Made by a program: the position numbers and the translations under genes | Assembly: GCA_951406725.2 (NCBI GenBank) | Contig: OX597827.1 | Location: forward strand, 78,802,001-78,866,000 | Reading direction: 5' to 3' | From: Octopus vulgaris | Lineage: Eukaryota | Length of the DNA: 64,000 bases | The notes under the pieces: model-generated | What the model was told of the DNA's origin: nothing | Seen by the model: only the letters and a program-made list of their open reading frames with translations | Databases searched by the model: none | Shown: one piece after another, positions 37,779 through 51,002 of the stretch | Position numbering within the stretch: position 1 is the first letter of the stretch | How the letters are laid out: each line of letters begins with the position of its first letter

Positions 37779-38573
37779 GTCTGGAATATGGCACAATCAG
37801 CTCCAAAAATTCAGTGTTTGGTGATGTAACAGCATTAATGAATGATTTCTTTTACTTGGCCCATCCCCAGGTGAAGGGATGTGGTTGGTCTGGTGTTGGG
37901 GTTCTCACCCATTTTTGGTCTGTAAACCCCTTATCTTCCTCTTTTACTCTGCTGGACCTCCAAAGCCATTCAGTGGTATATAAAAAAAAGATCCTACTAT
38001 ATTTTTATAATTAAATATTGTTAGGAATTGTATTTAAAAATGTGTTGTAGAAGTATGGAGCAATTTATTGCACATGAATTTTAACAAAATCTTATATGGA
38101 CCCCAGTTGAAAATCATTGGTCTGGTGGTTAGAGTGTTGAGTATGTAATTATCAGCTCATTGGTTCAATTCCTGGCCCATGTAATGTATTTTTTCCTTGA
38201 GCAAGGCACATTGTTTCACTTTGCTTCAGTCTATCCAACTATAAAAATGAGCCCCAGCCCGTAACTGGTACAGTCTTCTCTCTCCACTTTACAACTGATT
38301 GCTTGAGCAAGAAACTTTACTCAGATTCTTTGCTTGCAAGAAATAGCAACAAAAACTTCCGTCATATGACACTGTCTTCAGAAAAGGAGGGACACAGATA
38401 ATATAGACCGTTGATCATGGGGCTGACCTACTACTACTACTACTGCTGCTAGTAGTAGTAGTAGTAGCAGCAGCAGCAGTAGTAGTAGTAGAATTTTAAT
38501 CAAACTAAGACAGACGTGGGAATATTGGACCAAAAGCTTTTTGTGTTAGCTTTTGTATTTGGTCCAACAAGGG

Positions 38574-38730
38574 CAGTGCACATAGCCCTTTGTCAGTGCA
38601 CATAGCCCTTTGTCAGTGCACATAGCCCTTTGTCAGTGCATATAGCATTTTGTCTAAATAAGAAGGGTTGTGCAAATAGCATTTTCTCTATGTAACAAGA
38701 GCTAAGCGCATATAGCCTTTTGTCTATACA
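38574..38730. repeat. 20-bp minisatellite
   Basis: cagtgcacatagccctttgt x3 followed by degenerate copies. Confidence 0.85.
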
Positions 38731-38912
38731 TGAAGAGACAGTGTTTGACGGCAGTGTCCCATGATGGTGTTCAGCAGTCACAGCTCTCCCATATACATAA
38801 CCAACATAGACCAAAGGACTGAGAGAAATCTAGTCTGGTGCTATGGTGACAGCAAATAATTGGATGGAGTTGGAAGATATTTCAGTAAATTTATGTCTGA
38901 TTTCTCAATATT

Positions 38913-39145
38913 TATTTCTTTACTACCCACAAGGGGCTAAACACAGAGGAGATAGACAAAGACAGACAAAGGGATTAAGTCGATTACATCGACCCCAGTG
39001 CGTAACTGGTACTTAATTTATCGACCCCGGAATGATGAAAGGCACAGTCGACCTCGGTGGAATTTGAACTCAGAACGTAACGGCAGACGAAATACGGCTA
39101 TGCATTTCGCCCGGCATGCTAACGATTCTGCCAGCTCGCCGCCTT
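38913..39145 (-). mobile_element. tRNA-derived SINE (family A) with TSD; another minus copy at 41403-41624
   Basis: TSD ttctcaatatt at 38902-38912 and 39151-39161. Confidence 0.9.
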
Positions 39146-39540
39146 CTGAGTTCTCAATATTGTGAGTTTGAATCCATCCAGAGTTCACTTCACTCATTCG
39201 TCTCACCTGGTTGATTAATTAAACAAATTCCAGTAATTACCTCTTGAACTCTGATCAAACAACTCTTGTGCCCCTCCCCTCCCCTACGCCTTTCATGTGC
39301 CACAGAAAGAAATTGTCTCTCCTTTTTCTTGTTGTTGTGTGTGTGTGAGTACTTGTATGTGTATGTTGCAAAAGTTATTCTTGGCTGTGAGTGTGTGTGT
39401 GTTTGGATGTGAGTCGAGGCAGGCAAAATTTTTCAATTGTGTGTGTGTGTGTGCATGCATGTTGATGCAAATGCTAGATTTGTGTGTGTGTTGTGTGTGT
39501 GTGTGTTTGTTGTGTGTGTGTGTGTGTGTGTGTGTGTTTG

Positions 39541-39595
<55 letters not shown>

Positions 39596-40358
39596 TGTTG
39601 TGTGTGTATGTTTGTTGTGTGTGTGTTGTGTGTGTGTCTAGTACTGCTTGATGATTTTGGCAATATGCATGTGCACATGCGTGTGTGTGTGTGTGTGTTT
39701 ATGTATATATAGTGTGTGTAATATGTGTATATGTAGTGTGTAAGTATACGAAGTGTGTGTGCAGTGAGCGTCTGTGCATATGCTGTATGCGTGTGTGTGT
39801 GTGTGTGTGTATTTAAATTTGAAATATGTTAAAGTGTAGAGAGGCAGCAGCAGCATCGGCAGCAGCAGCAGCAGCGGTGGCAGCAGTTTGTCTATCGATT
39901 CCCTAGCATCAATGATGAGGAAGGAAGGAAAGAGGAGGTGGGGTGGGAGTCGTAGTGGAGAAGCCATGTTGCCAGTGATTATATCTTCATTGTCGGATGT
40001 CCTAGACAGATGGAGAACTGCTACAGGGAGTAGCACCACATCTCTCATCTCTTTTATCTCACTGTACATCTTCTCTTTTCATCTTTATCTCCCATCTATC
40101 ATCTGTCATCTCATTTTCATTCCAGCTCCTCTGGATTCATTGACATCATTACAACAGCAACAGTCAAGGAATCACGCATAAGTGTGTATGTGTGTGTGTG
40201 TGTGTGTGTGTATATGCATCTGTTTGTATGTATGTGTGTGTGTGTGTGTGTGTGTATGCATCTGTTTGTATGTGTGTGTGTGTGTGTGTGCGCACGTATA
40301 TATGCATGTGTTTGTATGTGTATGTGTGTGTATGTGTGTGCGTATATATGCATGTGTT

Positions 40359-40389
<31 letters not shown>

Positions 40390-43300
40390 CCTTTGTAACT
40401 TTGGTAATTGGGAGATGAGAGAAGCAGCAACCTTGATGGGTTTCAAGAAAAATGGAACAATTATTGGCCAATTCCTCACCTTTAGCTATTGATTATATTT
40501 TTGCAGGGAGACTAAATACATGTCTATCATCATCATCATCATCATCATCATCATCGGCAGTGGCATCATTGATTAACATCCACTTTTCCATGCTTGCATG
40601 GGTCGGATGGAGTCAATTGAGGCAGATTTTCTGGATGCCCTTCCTGTCACCAACCCTCACTTATTTCCAAACAAGATAATATTTTCCCCACGATCAGACA
40701 TATTTCTAACAGATAACCCCACTTGTACGACAGTGACACTCATTTACAACTGCCATGTGACATCAAGACAAGAGACATAAACACTAACACCCACCACAAG
40801 TATTTTTTCTGTCTGTTAAGTCTAACCCCAAAGATTGGTTGGTTGAGGGCTGTAGTAGGAGACACTTGCTCAGGGTGCTGGGCAGTGGGATTGAACCCCC
40901 AAAACTCTGTGCTTGGAAACTAAACTTCTTAACCACATAGCCATGACTGCATCTGTAAGCCATGCCAGTGCCTATACTCTTTTATTCATTTACTTGTCTC
41001 AGTCATTTTGACTGTGACCATGCTGGAGCACCACCTTTAGTCAAACAAATCAATTCCAGAACTTATTCTTTGTAATCCTAGTACTTATTCTATCAGTCTC
41101 TTTTTGACAAACCGTTAAGTGACACTAACATTGGTTGTCAAGCGATGGTGGGTGGGGGGTTGGGGCAAACACAGACACAAATTCATACACATATGTATAT
41201 GACAGGCTTCTTTCAGTTTCCAGCTACCAAATCCACTCGCAAGGCTCTGGTCTGGTCGGCCAGAGGCTATAAGTAGAAGACACCTGCCCAAGGTGCCATG
41301 CAGTGGGCCTGAACATGGAACCATGTGGTTGGGAAGCAAGCTTCTTACCAGACAGCCACTGCTGTGCCTGTATGAATATAGAAACACACACACATTCACA
41401 TATATTTCTTTATTACCCACAAGGGGCTAAACACAGAGAGGACAAACAAAGACAGACAAAGGTATTAAGTCGATTACATCGACCCCAGTGCGAAACTGGT
41501 ACTTAATTTATCGACCCCGAAAGGATGAAAGGCAAAGTCGACCTCGGCGGAATTTGAACTCAGAATGTAACGACAGACGAAATACAGCTACGCATTTCTC
41601 CCGGCGTGCTAACGATTCTGCCAGCACACGCAACACACATAAATATAGCAATATCTGTCTAAACCCAGGCATGTTGCATTAAACCTGCAGTTTCCTGTTT
41701 ATGGCCCTTAGACAATGTTTGCCAAGATCAGATTGGGTAGTTTCAGTCTGGAATTTATTGTAAGGATGTCTTTGAGATTTTCAGAAGAAAACCTCCGTCT
41801 TTGTTAGATTCAGTTTTCTGTTTTCGCTGGCAGAACTTCCCTAGGAACTGTGAATCCCGACCAGACTTGTATTTCTGATATTTTCATCTTTGCATTCAGT
41901 ACTGAATTCTAATGTTGAAGGGTGTATGAGGTTCATAAGCCGCATAGGGGAACCTTTAGATAGTCCCTTGACATGGTAGTAATAGTAGCTAAATCTCCTT
42001 CAAATCAAAGCTGATATTTTTAAAAAGGAACACTTTGGATAATGTAGTCTTACATAGACTTGGCCTGAAAACAAAATGGGTTGGTCATAGTTGGAAGGTA
42101 TTTGATCCTGGTCTGCTGCTCAATGAAGACTGACCTGGAAGTTAAACAACAACAACTTGGTTTACTCATTGTGTTAATTGATGGCCTTCTACAAATTGAA
42201 GAGATGTTGATCTGAGTTCAAATGCTGCTGGGATCAACTTTGCCTTTCATCTTTTCAGGGTTGATTAAATAAATACCAGTTGTGCACTGGGGTCGATCTA
42301 ATGAACTTAGCCCCTCCACAAAATTGCTGGCCTTGTGCCAAAATGTGAAACCAATAATTAGAGATGTTAATGTTTAACTCCAGGATTGTCCTGATCCAAG
42401 GTATTAAGGATTAAAGACTTTCTGCCCATGACCATCACATCTTTTTATTTTTAATCACAGAGTTATCTTAATCAATGCATCCTTCCCTTTTTTTAAGACG
42501 GTAGGTTGTGCTTTGAGTGAGAGTTGACAGTTCTTTCTAGCTTATCATCGGACCATGTGGATTTCCCCTCCTTCAAATTTTATGACCTGGTTGACAAGAT
42601 TTTGATATATTCCCTCTTCTTCCTTGAAGAAGACCAGGTTCTGAAACCAGTAGACACTTTCACCCCTCATTGTGGATAACTCTCCTAAAGAGATCCATGT
42701 TGAAGTAGTGGCTAGCATCTCTGGTAAGACTCTTTACTGAATAAGAAATGCGGACAGGTTTGTTGGAATATTCAACCTTGTCTCTCAAATAATAGACTCT
42801 CCTTCATTGCAAGGCACAAAAACATGATTTCTCAGTCAGTACACATTGATACAGACCAACACTGACCGGTTGGGTCAAAAGGTTATCTTAATTGTATTGT
42901 TAGTATATGACTTAACAAATAGAATCATCATCATTGTCATCGTCATCGTTTTAGCATCCACTTTTCTATGCTTGCATGAGTCTGATGGAATTTGTTGAGA
43001 CAGATTTTCTATAGATAGGATAAAGATCCTTCACAAGTCATATAGACCGATAGGGGTCAGTTTCCAGGATTCTGCTGTGCATATAACCTACCTCTGGATG
43101 GGACGCCAGTCTGTCGCAGGATGACTCACTTTTGCCTGTTGAGTGGACCGGAGCAATGTGAAATAAAATGTTTTGTCCAAGAATACAACACATTGCCCAG
43201 TCCAGGAATCGAAACTATAATCTTTGGAGTATGAGTCCAACACCCTAACCACTAAGCCATGTGCCTCCACAGATCTTCTATGGCCAAATGCCTTTCCTGT

Positions 43301-43787
43301 CACCAACCCTCACCTCTTTCTAAGTCAGGTAATATTGCTCCATGGCTGGATATATTTTCAGGAAACATTGGAAATGAACGATACTACTTGTATGTATGAT
43401 GGTGATGCTTATTTTATAGCCCATCATGTGATGTGAAGACAAGGGCACACACACCCACACACATGCAATATGTCAGGTCCCTTCACTCTTCTAATACTGT
43501 GGAGGTAAGATATTGCCGTGGGGCAAATATTAGAACTCCTCCAGTTACAATTTCAGTTACCAATACATAAATTGTAGAGAGAAACCTTTGTAAGTCCCTG
43601 AAGCCTGATTTGGTCTTGCCTTTTCTCATTTGGAACATCTTTTCGATAACCTTGCATTACACACACACACAGTCACCTTGCTGAACGGTAGGCTTAATCT
43701 GACCCTCAGTTTATCCCTACCACCACCCAGTGGTGAAATGTGGGTTGCCAGGATCTGGAATAAAGCAAGATTGCAATAAGAGCAAAA

Positions 43788-44680
43788 GTGGTGAGCTGGC
43801 TGAAACGTTAGCAGACCAGACAAACTGCTTAGCAGTATTTCGCCTGACTTTATGCTCTGAGTTCAAATTCCGCCGAGGTCGACTTTGCCTTTCATCCTTT
43901 CAGGGTTGCTAAAAATAAGTACCAGTTGAGCACTGGGGGTCAATGTAATTTACTTAACTCTTCCCTTGAAATTGCTGGCCTTGTACAAAAATCATAATTG
44001 TCATCGTCATCATCAACATCAACATCATTATTATTATTTAAGGTGGAGAGCTGGCAGAATGTTAGCACGCTGGATGAAATGCTTAGAAGTATTTCGTCTG
44101 CCGTTACGTTCTGAGTTCAAATTCCACCGAGGTCGACTTTGCCTTTCATCCTTTCGGGGTCGATTAAATAAGTACCAGTTACACACTGGAGTCGATGTAA
44201 TCGACTTAATCTGTTTGTCTCTCCTTGTTTGTCCCCTCTGTGTTTAGCCCCTTGTGGGTAGTAAAGAAATAGGTATTTCTTCTGCCACTACGTTCTGAGT
44301 TCAAATTTCGTCAAGGTCGACTTTGCCGTTCATCCTTTTGGTGTTGATAAATTAAGTACCAGTTCTGTACTGGGGTTGACTGGTCCCCTCCCCCGAAATT
44401 TCATCCCTTGTGCCGTTATTATTATCATTATTGTTATTATTATCATTATTATTATAATAAAGGTGGTGACCTGGCAGAATCATTAGCACACCAGACAAAC
44501 TGCTTAGCAGTGCTTCATCTGTCTTTATGTTCTGAGTTCAAATTCTGCCAAGGTCAACTTTGCCTTTCATTCTTTCAGGGTTGAAGAAATCGGTACTAAT
44601 TAAGCACTAAGATTGATGTAATTGACAAATCTTTTTCCCACCAAATTTCAGGCCTTGTACCTATTGTAGAAAGGATCATT
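43788..44680 (+). mobile_element. Cluster of about four head-to-tail family A SINE copies
   Basis: Repeated tctgagttcaaatt...ggtc[g/a]actttgcc at ~43856, 44110, 44294, 44531. Confidence 0.85.
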
Positions 44681-44881
44681 ACTATTTTATTTTTGTCACT
44701 TCTAAAATTTTGTGCCCCAAAGAATTTCCTCTCCAGAGCAGGTGCCCCTGTAGCCATGCTACAGCGCTACCACCATACTGTTGAATGCTTTTAGTGGCGT
44801 CTGCAAGCATTTGTCTCTCTTGTGTGAGCGAAATACCCTCCTTGGTTTGAAGAAAAACCTGAAGGGGAAATAATGAGGAAT

Positions 44882-45036
44882 TACAACCGTGTTTCGTGGT
44901 CTGCTACCACAACAGCTCCTTTATAGGACCCAGTTTGCTCAAGACATCATCAGGAGGAACCACGTCCGGTTTCGGCCCCTACTCCTCTACCGTTTTGGTA
45001 TGGTGCCCCCCCCCTTTCGGTGGTGTCTTCAGCTCT
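44882..45036 (-). ncRNA. Two tandem hammerhead-core motif sets in a probable Penelope-like pseudo-LTR fragment
   Basis: Minus strand: CTGAAGA(45032-45026)...CGAAAC(44974-44969)...GTT, then CTGATGA(44953-44947)...gtggt-agcag-accac-GAAAC-acggtt-GTA; stem I pairing is incomplete. Confidence 0.45.
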
Positions 45037-46953
45037 GGTGTCGGGTGCATGTCTTCTTTCTTCTTCTTTCTTCTGTTCCCTGGCCTCTTCGATGTAGTGT
45101 GAACGAGTGTCAGCGGGCGACTGACTGTTACTGCTAGAAATGTGGCCTGCTGCTAACGATGATATAATTACTGAAGTGATTAAGTGTAGTTAATATATTA
45201 TTGTATTTGATAATTCTGGCTTGTAACAAAAACACATCAAAAGGATTCATTCTGTAAAACAATTTCAACAAATGGAATCATTTATTCCAATGTTTTTTTC
45301 ATTTTTCAATGTTTTTGACATTAAATTTAAATGATTAAATTTCAATGTTTGCTTAATGAATCCTAATTACAATCTGTAGACAAATGAGACACCCAGAAGT
45401 CATTAACTCTCCCCAGAATATATCATCAATAAAAAAAAAAACAAGAAATAATTAAAGCCTGCAGTTCCTTTATTGATATTTAACTGAGTTATGTGATATG
45501 GAATATTTGCTCAGGATACATGTAGGAGGTTGACAATCCATCCTGCAATTGTCATCATTGTAGCTCTATGGCTTAATGGTTAGGGGTTTCCAGCTCATGA
45601 CAGCAAAGTCAAGAGTTTGATTCCCTGTAGTGCATTGTATCCTTGAGCAAGGCAGTTTACTTCACTTTGCTCCATCTCATTCTAAAAATGAGTTGTAATT
45701 CCAAAGGGCCAGCCCCTTCATGTTCTGTGTTATGTTGGGCCTCCACCTTCCTGAGAACTGCTTTGAGGCGGTGAAATGCTTTACGGTATTTCGTCTGCCG
45801 CTACATTCTGAGTTCAAATTCCGCCGAGGTCGACTTTGCTTTTCATCCTTTCCAGGTCGATTAAATAAGTACCAGTTACACACTGGGGTTGATGTAATCG
45901 ACTTAATCCTTTTGTCTGTCCTTGTTTGTCCTCTCTATGTTTAGCCCCTTGTGGGTAATAAAAAAAAACAGGTATGCGTCTCTCTGGAGCACTCAGCCAC
46001 TTGCATGTTAATTTCCCAACCAGGCTGTTCCATTGATCGGATCAACTGAAACCCCATCATTGGAACCACCGGAGTGCCAGCAAGTCGATGGAAAATATTT
46101 CCATCAATTCTCTCCACATGTTTCCTTACTTAAAATTACAATTCTTTTACCCACTTCCCCAGTAAAAATTTATATTTAATTGTTGAGATTAATGAAGTGG
46201 CAGCCTTCATTTATAAAATTTGTTAACTTTGTGTCATTCAATTCTCAATGAAAGAATGTGGTCATGTTATTGTGCCAGATCAATTAATCGAGAAGATTCT
46301 TTTCTCTAGTTGAGCAGCGATTTGTTAATAAACTCCCTATAATATCACTGTATCCCCCCCATCACATCTTTACTATCTTTTCTCTCGCCTCTCTTTTTCT
46401 CCTCCTCCTCTCTCTCCTCTCCCTCTCTCCCCTCTCTCTTTCTCCTCCCCTCTCTCCTCCCAACTGTATCTCCTTTATTACAAGAAACCTGTTTCTGTCC
46501 CTCTATTCCTCCTACTCTAACCTCTCATCTCCTGGCACAAAACCACTTCTTTCAATATGACTCACTTGAAGGGGGTCTTTGTTTTGCAAGTTACTTGGTG
46601 ACCCCACTAGTGCTGGTGCCACATAGAAAGGCACCTAGTCCACACTCTGTAAAGTGGTTGGCATTAGGAAAGTTGTCCAGCTGTCGAAGCCATGCCAAAG
46701 CAGACAACGGAGCTTGGTATGGTTTTCGGATTCACCAGTTCCAGTTAAACCATCCAAGCCAAGCCAGCAGAGAAGGCAGATGTTAAACGATGATGATGAT
46801 GATGATGATGATGATTATATTGTTATAGACTATTCTAAACATAAGTTTACTGATGTAAGAATCTTCTCCTGTTGACTTACATCTCACATAGAATCTTTCA
46901 ACTTCCCTAATACCTCGGGTCTCTGCTTCTTACTGCAATATTGTGGCCATTAG

Positions 46954-47171
46954 AAGGTGGAAAGCTGGCAGAAATGTTAGCATGCCAGGTGAAATGCTTA
47001 GCATTGTTTCATCTGTCTGTATGTTCTGAGTTCAAATTCCGCTGAGGTCGACTTTGCCTTTCATTCTTTTGGAGTTGATAAATATAAATATGAGTTGCGT
47101 ACTGGGGTCGATCTTATCGACTGCCCCCCCCTCCCCAAAAATTTCGGGGCCTTGTACCTGGAGTAGAAAAG
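46954..47171 (+). mobile_element. tRNA-derived SINE (family A) with 17-bp TSD
   Basis: TSD aatattgtggccattag at 46937-46953 and 47172-47188. Confidence 0.9.
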
Positions 47172-47349
47172 AATATTGTGGCCATTAGTCACCTTTAGTC
47201 ATCATTAGCCCACAATCACCTCTAGAAAATTTGAGAATTCTTTGTTGTAGCCTCTTGCTAGAAGAGGTCTGTGACACACTGACACACTGGTGTCAGTTGA
47301 TATAAATCAACCCAAGTACTCAATATTTAAATCATTGGTGAGTTATTAC

Positions 47350-47520
47350 AGCTTTGGGATCTTTAACCCAAGGTTTAAATTGTTTGTCGAGGTCATTACA
47401 GGTTAAAGCAGAAGCATTAGCCTAGAGTTGTTACAGGTTAGATAGAAATATTAACCCAGCGTTTAAATTATTGTTTGGTTCAATTATTACAGGTTAGGGG
47501 GAGACATTAAAACCCAGTTG
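47350..47520. repeat. Degenerate short tandem repeat
   Basis: ttacaggtta x3 and taaccca[a/g]-gtttaaatt repeats. Confidence 0.55.
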
Positions 47521-49037
47521 CAAAGAAACAAAATAGAAATCCATTTGCAATAACAGTTGCTTAGCAACATAATTTCTTTCGGAGACATTCGAAGCCGTAA
47601 TATTTAATATTATTATGGCTATAAAAATTATTACTTGATATAATAATTAGTATTGGTGTGTATAGGAGATATTGATACCTGTATTAATCAGTATTGGTGA
47701 AGATAATGATTACAAACGGTGGTTATATTCGTTTCGTTATTGGTGATTGTAACGATTAGTATTGGTGGCCGCAGTTGTAGTTAGTGGTGTGAACTGTAGC
47801 TGTTAGTGGTGGGGATTATAGTAGATGATGTTTGTTTTCTCCCAGGTCAGTTCATATTTAGTGAACTTATGACCAAAGATGTACCTGCTATGACCATCCT
47901 TTATACATACATGCAAATATATATATAGCACTACATTGTCCTCTATCTTCTGTTTTCAAGACCATCGAGTGTTAGTTGAGAAAGATTTGGCTGTTATTTC
48001 TAGCAGGCTGAGTGACCACACAATGATTTTTTTCATTGGTTTATGGTGGCTGTAATGATTAGTAATTACATATTACATTAAAATGCTGGCCATATATGAC
48101 CATCACTAATGATCAAAAGCTATGGTGGGGGCTGTTGCTATTAAAAGATATTGAATTACACAAAAAATACAACTCTGTATTACCAATAGGTATAGTTTGT
48201 TGTGTGTGTGTGTGTGTAACAGTGACTTACCTGATGCACTTATCAGAGGAAACAACCTCCCACATTCAGTGAGTTTTATGATACTCAAGGATACTTGAAC
48301 CCTTTTCTTACCAAACTTCTTGAAGTGCGCTGCCTTTGTTTCACTTAATTCTTAAAATAAGGAAGAAGTTATTCAGCTAATTCTATCGCGGTGTGTCCAG
48401 CTTTCAAATTAACCTGACATTTTCTTGCCATCATCATCATCATCATCTCACATCTGCTTCCTATGCTACCATGGGACATGGGTTGCATAGTTTCACAGGA
48501 TCCAGTGAGCTGCAAATCCACACCAAGCACCATGGGTCAGCTTTGGCATGGTTTCTATGGCTGGTTGCCCTTCCAAATGCCAACCCCTTTACAGAGTGTA
48601 CTGGGTCCTCTTTTTTTTTCATACTAGTGAGGTTGCCATGTAACTTGTAAGATAGAAAAGAACAGGGAATAGAAGAGAGAAAGGAAAAAAAGGGATCAAG
48701 TGGGAGTATTTGAGAGAGAGAGAGAGAGGGGGGTGGCATTATGCCAAGTGCTGAAAAGCTAAAATATGGCAGAGGGGCAAACACAGGGGTCTTGCTATAA
48801 AGGGGATACATGGCTACCCAACATTATATAAGGATCAGTGGGAGCAGCTGGGAAGAAGATAAAGATGATGGTAATGCAAAGGGACAAGACTATGCCATAC
48901 ATGGCACACCTGTGGGCCATTAGACAATGGCACAGTGGTTGACCATCATTGAGGTGATAAACTAAGAATAAGACATCCCATATCACCCTAATATCTTATA
49001 TTTTGTCATGGCCACCCATGACATGCTTCAGACTATT

Positions 49038-50188
49038 CATCATCATCATCATCATCATCATCGTTTAGCATCCGCTTTCCATGCTAGCATGGGTTGGACG
49101 GTTCAACTGGGGTCTGGGAAGCCAGAAGGCTGCACCAGGCCCAGTCTGATCTGGCAATGTTTCTACGGCTGGATGCCCTTCCTAACGCCAACCACTCTGT
49201 GAGTGTAGTGGGTGCTTTTTACGTGCCAGACGAGGCTGGCAAACAGCCACGATCGGATGGTGCTTATTACGTGCCACCGGCACGGAGCCCCGTCGGGGCG
49301 GTGCTGGCAACAGTCATGTTCGGATGGTTCGCTTACGTGCCACCGGCACTGGTATCACAGCTACAATTTCCATTGATGTTGATTGATTTCGATTTTAATT
49401 TTCACTTGCCTCAACAAGTCTTCACAAGTAGAGTTTTGTGTCCCAAGAAGGAAAGGTATGCATAAGTGGACTGGCTACATCCCAGGTAGGGGCCACGGGT
49501 TATGGTCTCACTTGTCCTGCCGGGTCTTCTCACGCACAGCATACTTCCAAAGGTCTCGGTCTCTAGTCATTTCCTCGGTGAGAGCTAAAGTTCGAAGGTC
49601 GTGCTTCACCACCTCGTCCCATGTTTTCCTGGGTCTACCTGTTCCACAGGTTCCCTCAACTGCTAGTGTGTGGCACTTTTTCACACAACTATCTTCATCC
49701 ATTCTTGCCACATGACCATACCAGTGCAAACGTCTCTCTTGCACACCACAACTGATGCTTCTTATGTCCAACTTTTCTCTCAAGGTACTTACACTCTGTC
49801 GAGTATGAACACTGACATTACACATCCATTGGAGCATACTGGCTTCATTTCTTGCGAGCTTACGCATATCCTCAGCAGTCACGGCCCATGTTTCACTGCC
49901 ATGTAGCATGGCTGTTCGTACACATGCGTCATACAGTCTACCTTTTACTCTGAGCGAGAGGCCTTTTGTCACCAGCAGAGGTAAGAGCTCTCTGAACTTT
50001 GCCCAGGCTATTCTTATTCTAGCAGTTACACTTTCAGCACACCCGCCCCCGCTACTGACTTGGTCACCTAGGTAACGGAAGCTATCAACTATTTCTAGTT
50101 TTTCTCCCTGGAATGTGGCGGAAGTTGGTCTCTGCGCATTTTCAGTGTTTATTGTTCCTGAGCATTTGCCACATACAAAAACTAGCCT
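49038..50188 (-). mobile_element. 5'-truncated RTE-clade LINE: open RT C-terminus (50188-49508), 3' UTR and (GAT)n tail
   Basis: Uninterrupted frame RLVFVCGKCSG...KLEIVDSFRYLG...AWAKFREL...MLHGSETW...RRLHWYGHVARM...GRPRKTW...RDRDLWK, a typical RTE RT C-terminus. Confidence 0.93.
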
Positions 50189-50243
50189 TGTATATATATA
50201 CGTCCTTGCGTTGTTGTGTTCTTTTGTGCTTTCTTGTTTGGAT

Positions 50244-50297
<54 letters not shown>

Positions 50298-50302
<5 letters not shown>

Positions 50303-50430
50303 CAAATTTACAGAAAACAAAAGACTAAGACAGGTGAGGGAATGACAAACAGGTGTATTAGTTTGACACTCAAGAAGAATGGAAAAGTCTTTGATGTTTC
50401 GAGCCTATACTCTTCAACAGAAAAGGTTGG
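50298..50430 (-). mobile_element. Short TA-microsatellite-associated element (Penelope pLTR-like) with a minimal hammerhead-like motif at 50390-50423
   Basis: Reverse complement of 56321-56452; minus strand ttt-CTGTTGA-a-gagt-atag-gctc-GAAAC-ATC-aaa. Confidence 0.6.
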
Positions 50431-50452
50431 GTGGAAAAAAATGGAGAGATTA

Positions 50453-50510
<58 letters not shown>

Positions 50511-50703
50511 TTATAAAGTTTACATTTGTCTTTCCTTCCTTGTTTTCTTGGTTAACAATGGCCATTCAAATTTTAAATCAGAGCACGTGTTCTGTGTTCT
50601 GTGTTCTGTGTTCTGTGTTCTGTGTGTGTATGTATTTCCACACGTGTAGTGCCACAATCATTTACTCTTTGTACATAAATTTTCATGTATATGTATGTGC
50701 ACT

Positions 50704-50736
<33 letters not shown>

Positions 50737-50774
50737 TTACATATATTGAGTGGAGATAATCTCTAATAAAACAT

Positions 50775-50967
50775 GTCTTCTTTTCTTTTTCTTTATAACA
50801 CTCCCCTTCTCTCTCACTTGATTTTATATCCCTCTCCTCTCCCCTCTCTCTTTTCTCTCTCCCCCTTTCACTGATTCTCTTTATCGCCCTCACACTTTTC
50901 CCTTTCAAACACATAACAAACACTTCTTTGTCTCTCTCTCTCTCTCCCTCCCTCTCTCTCTCCCTCT

Positions 50968-51002
<35 letters not shown>

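Noticed and set aside
39830-40180. Possible coding exon with CAG repeats
   Set aside because: No domain similarity or clear splice sites; possibly regulatory but unsupported.
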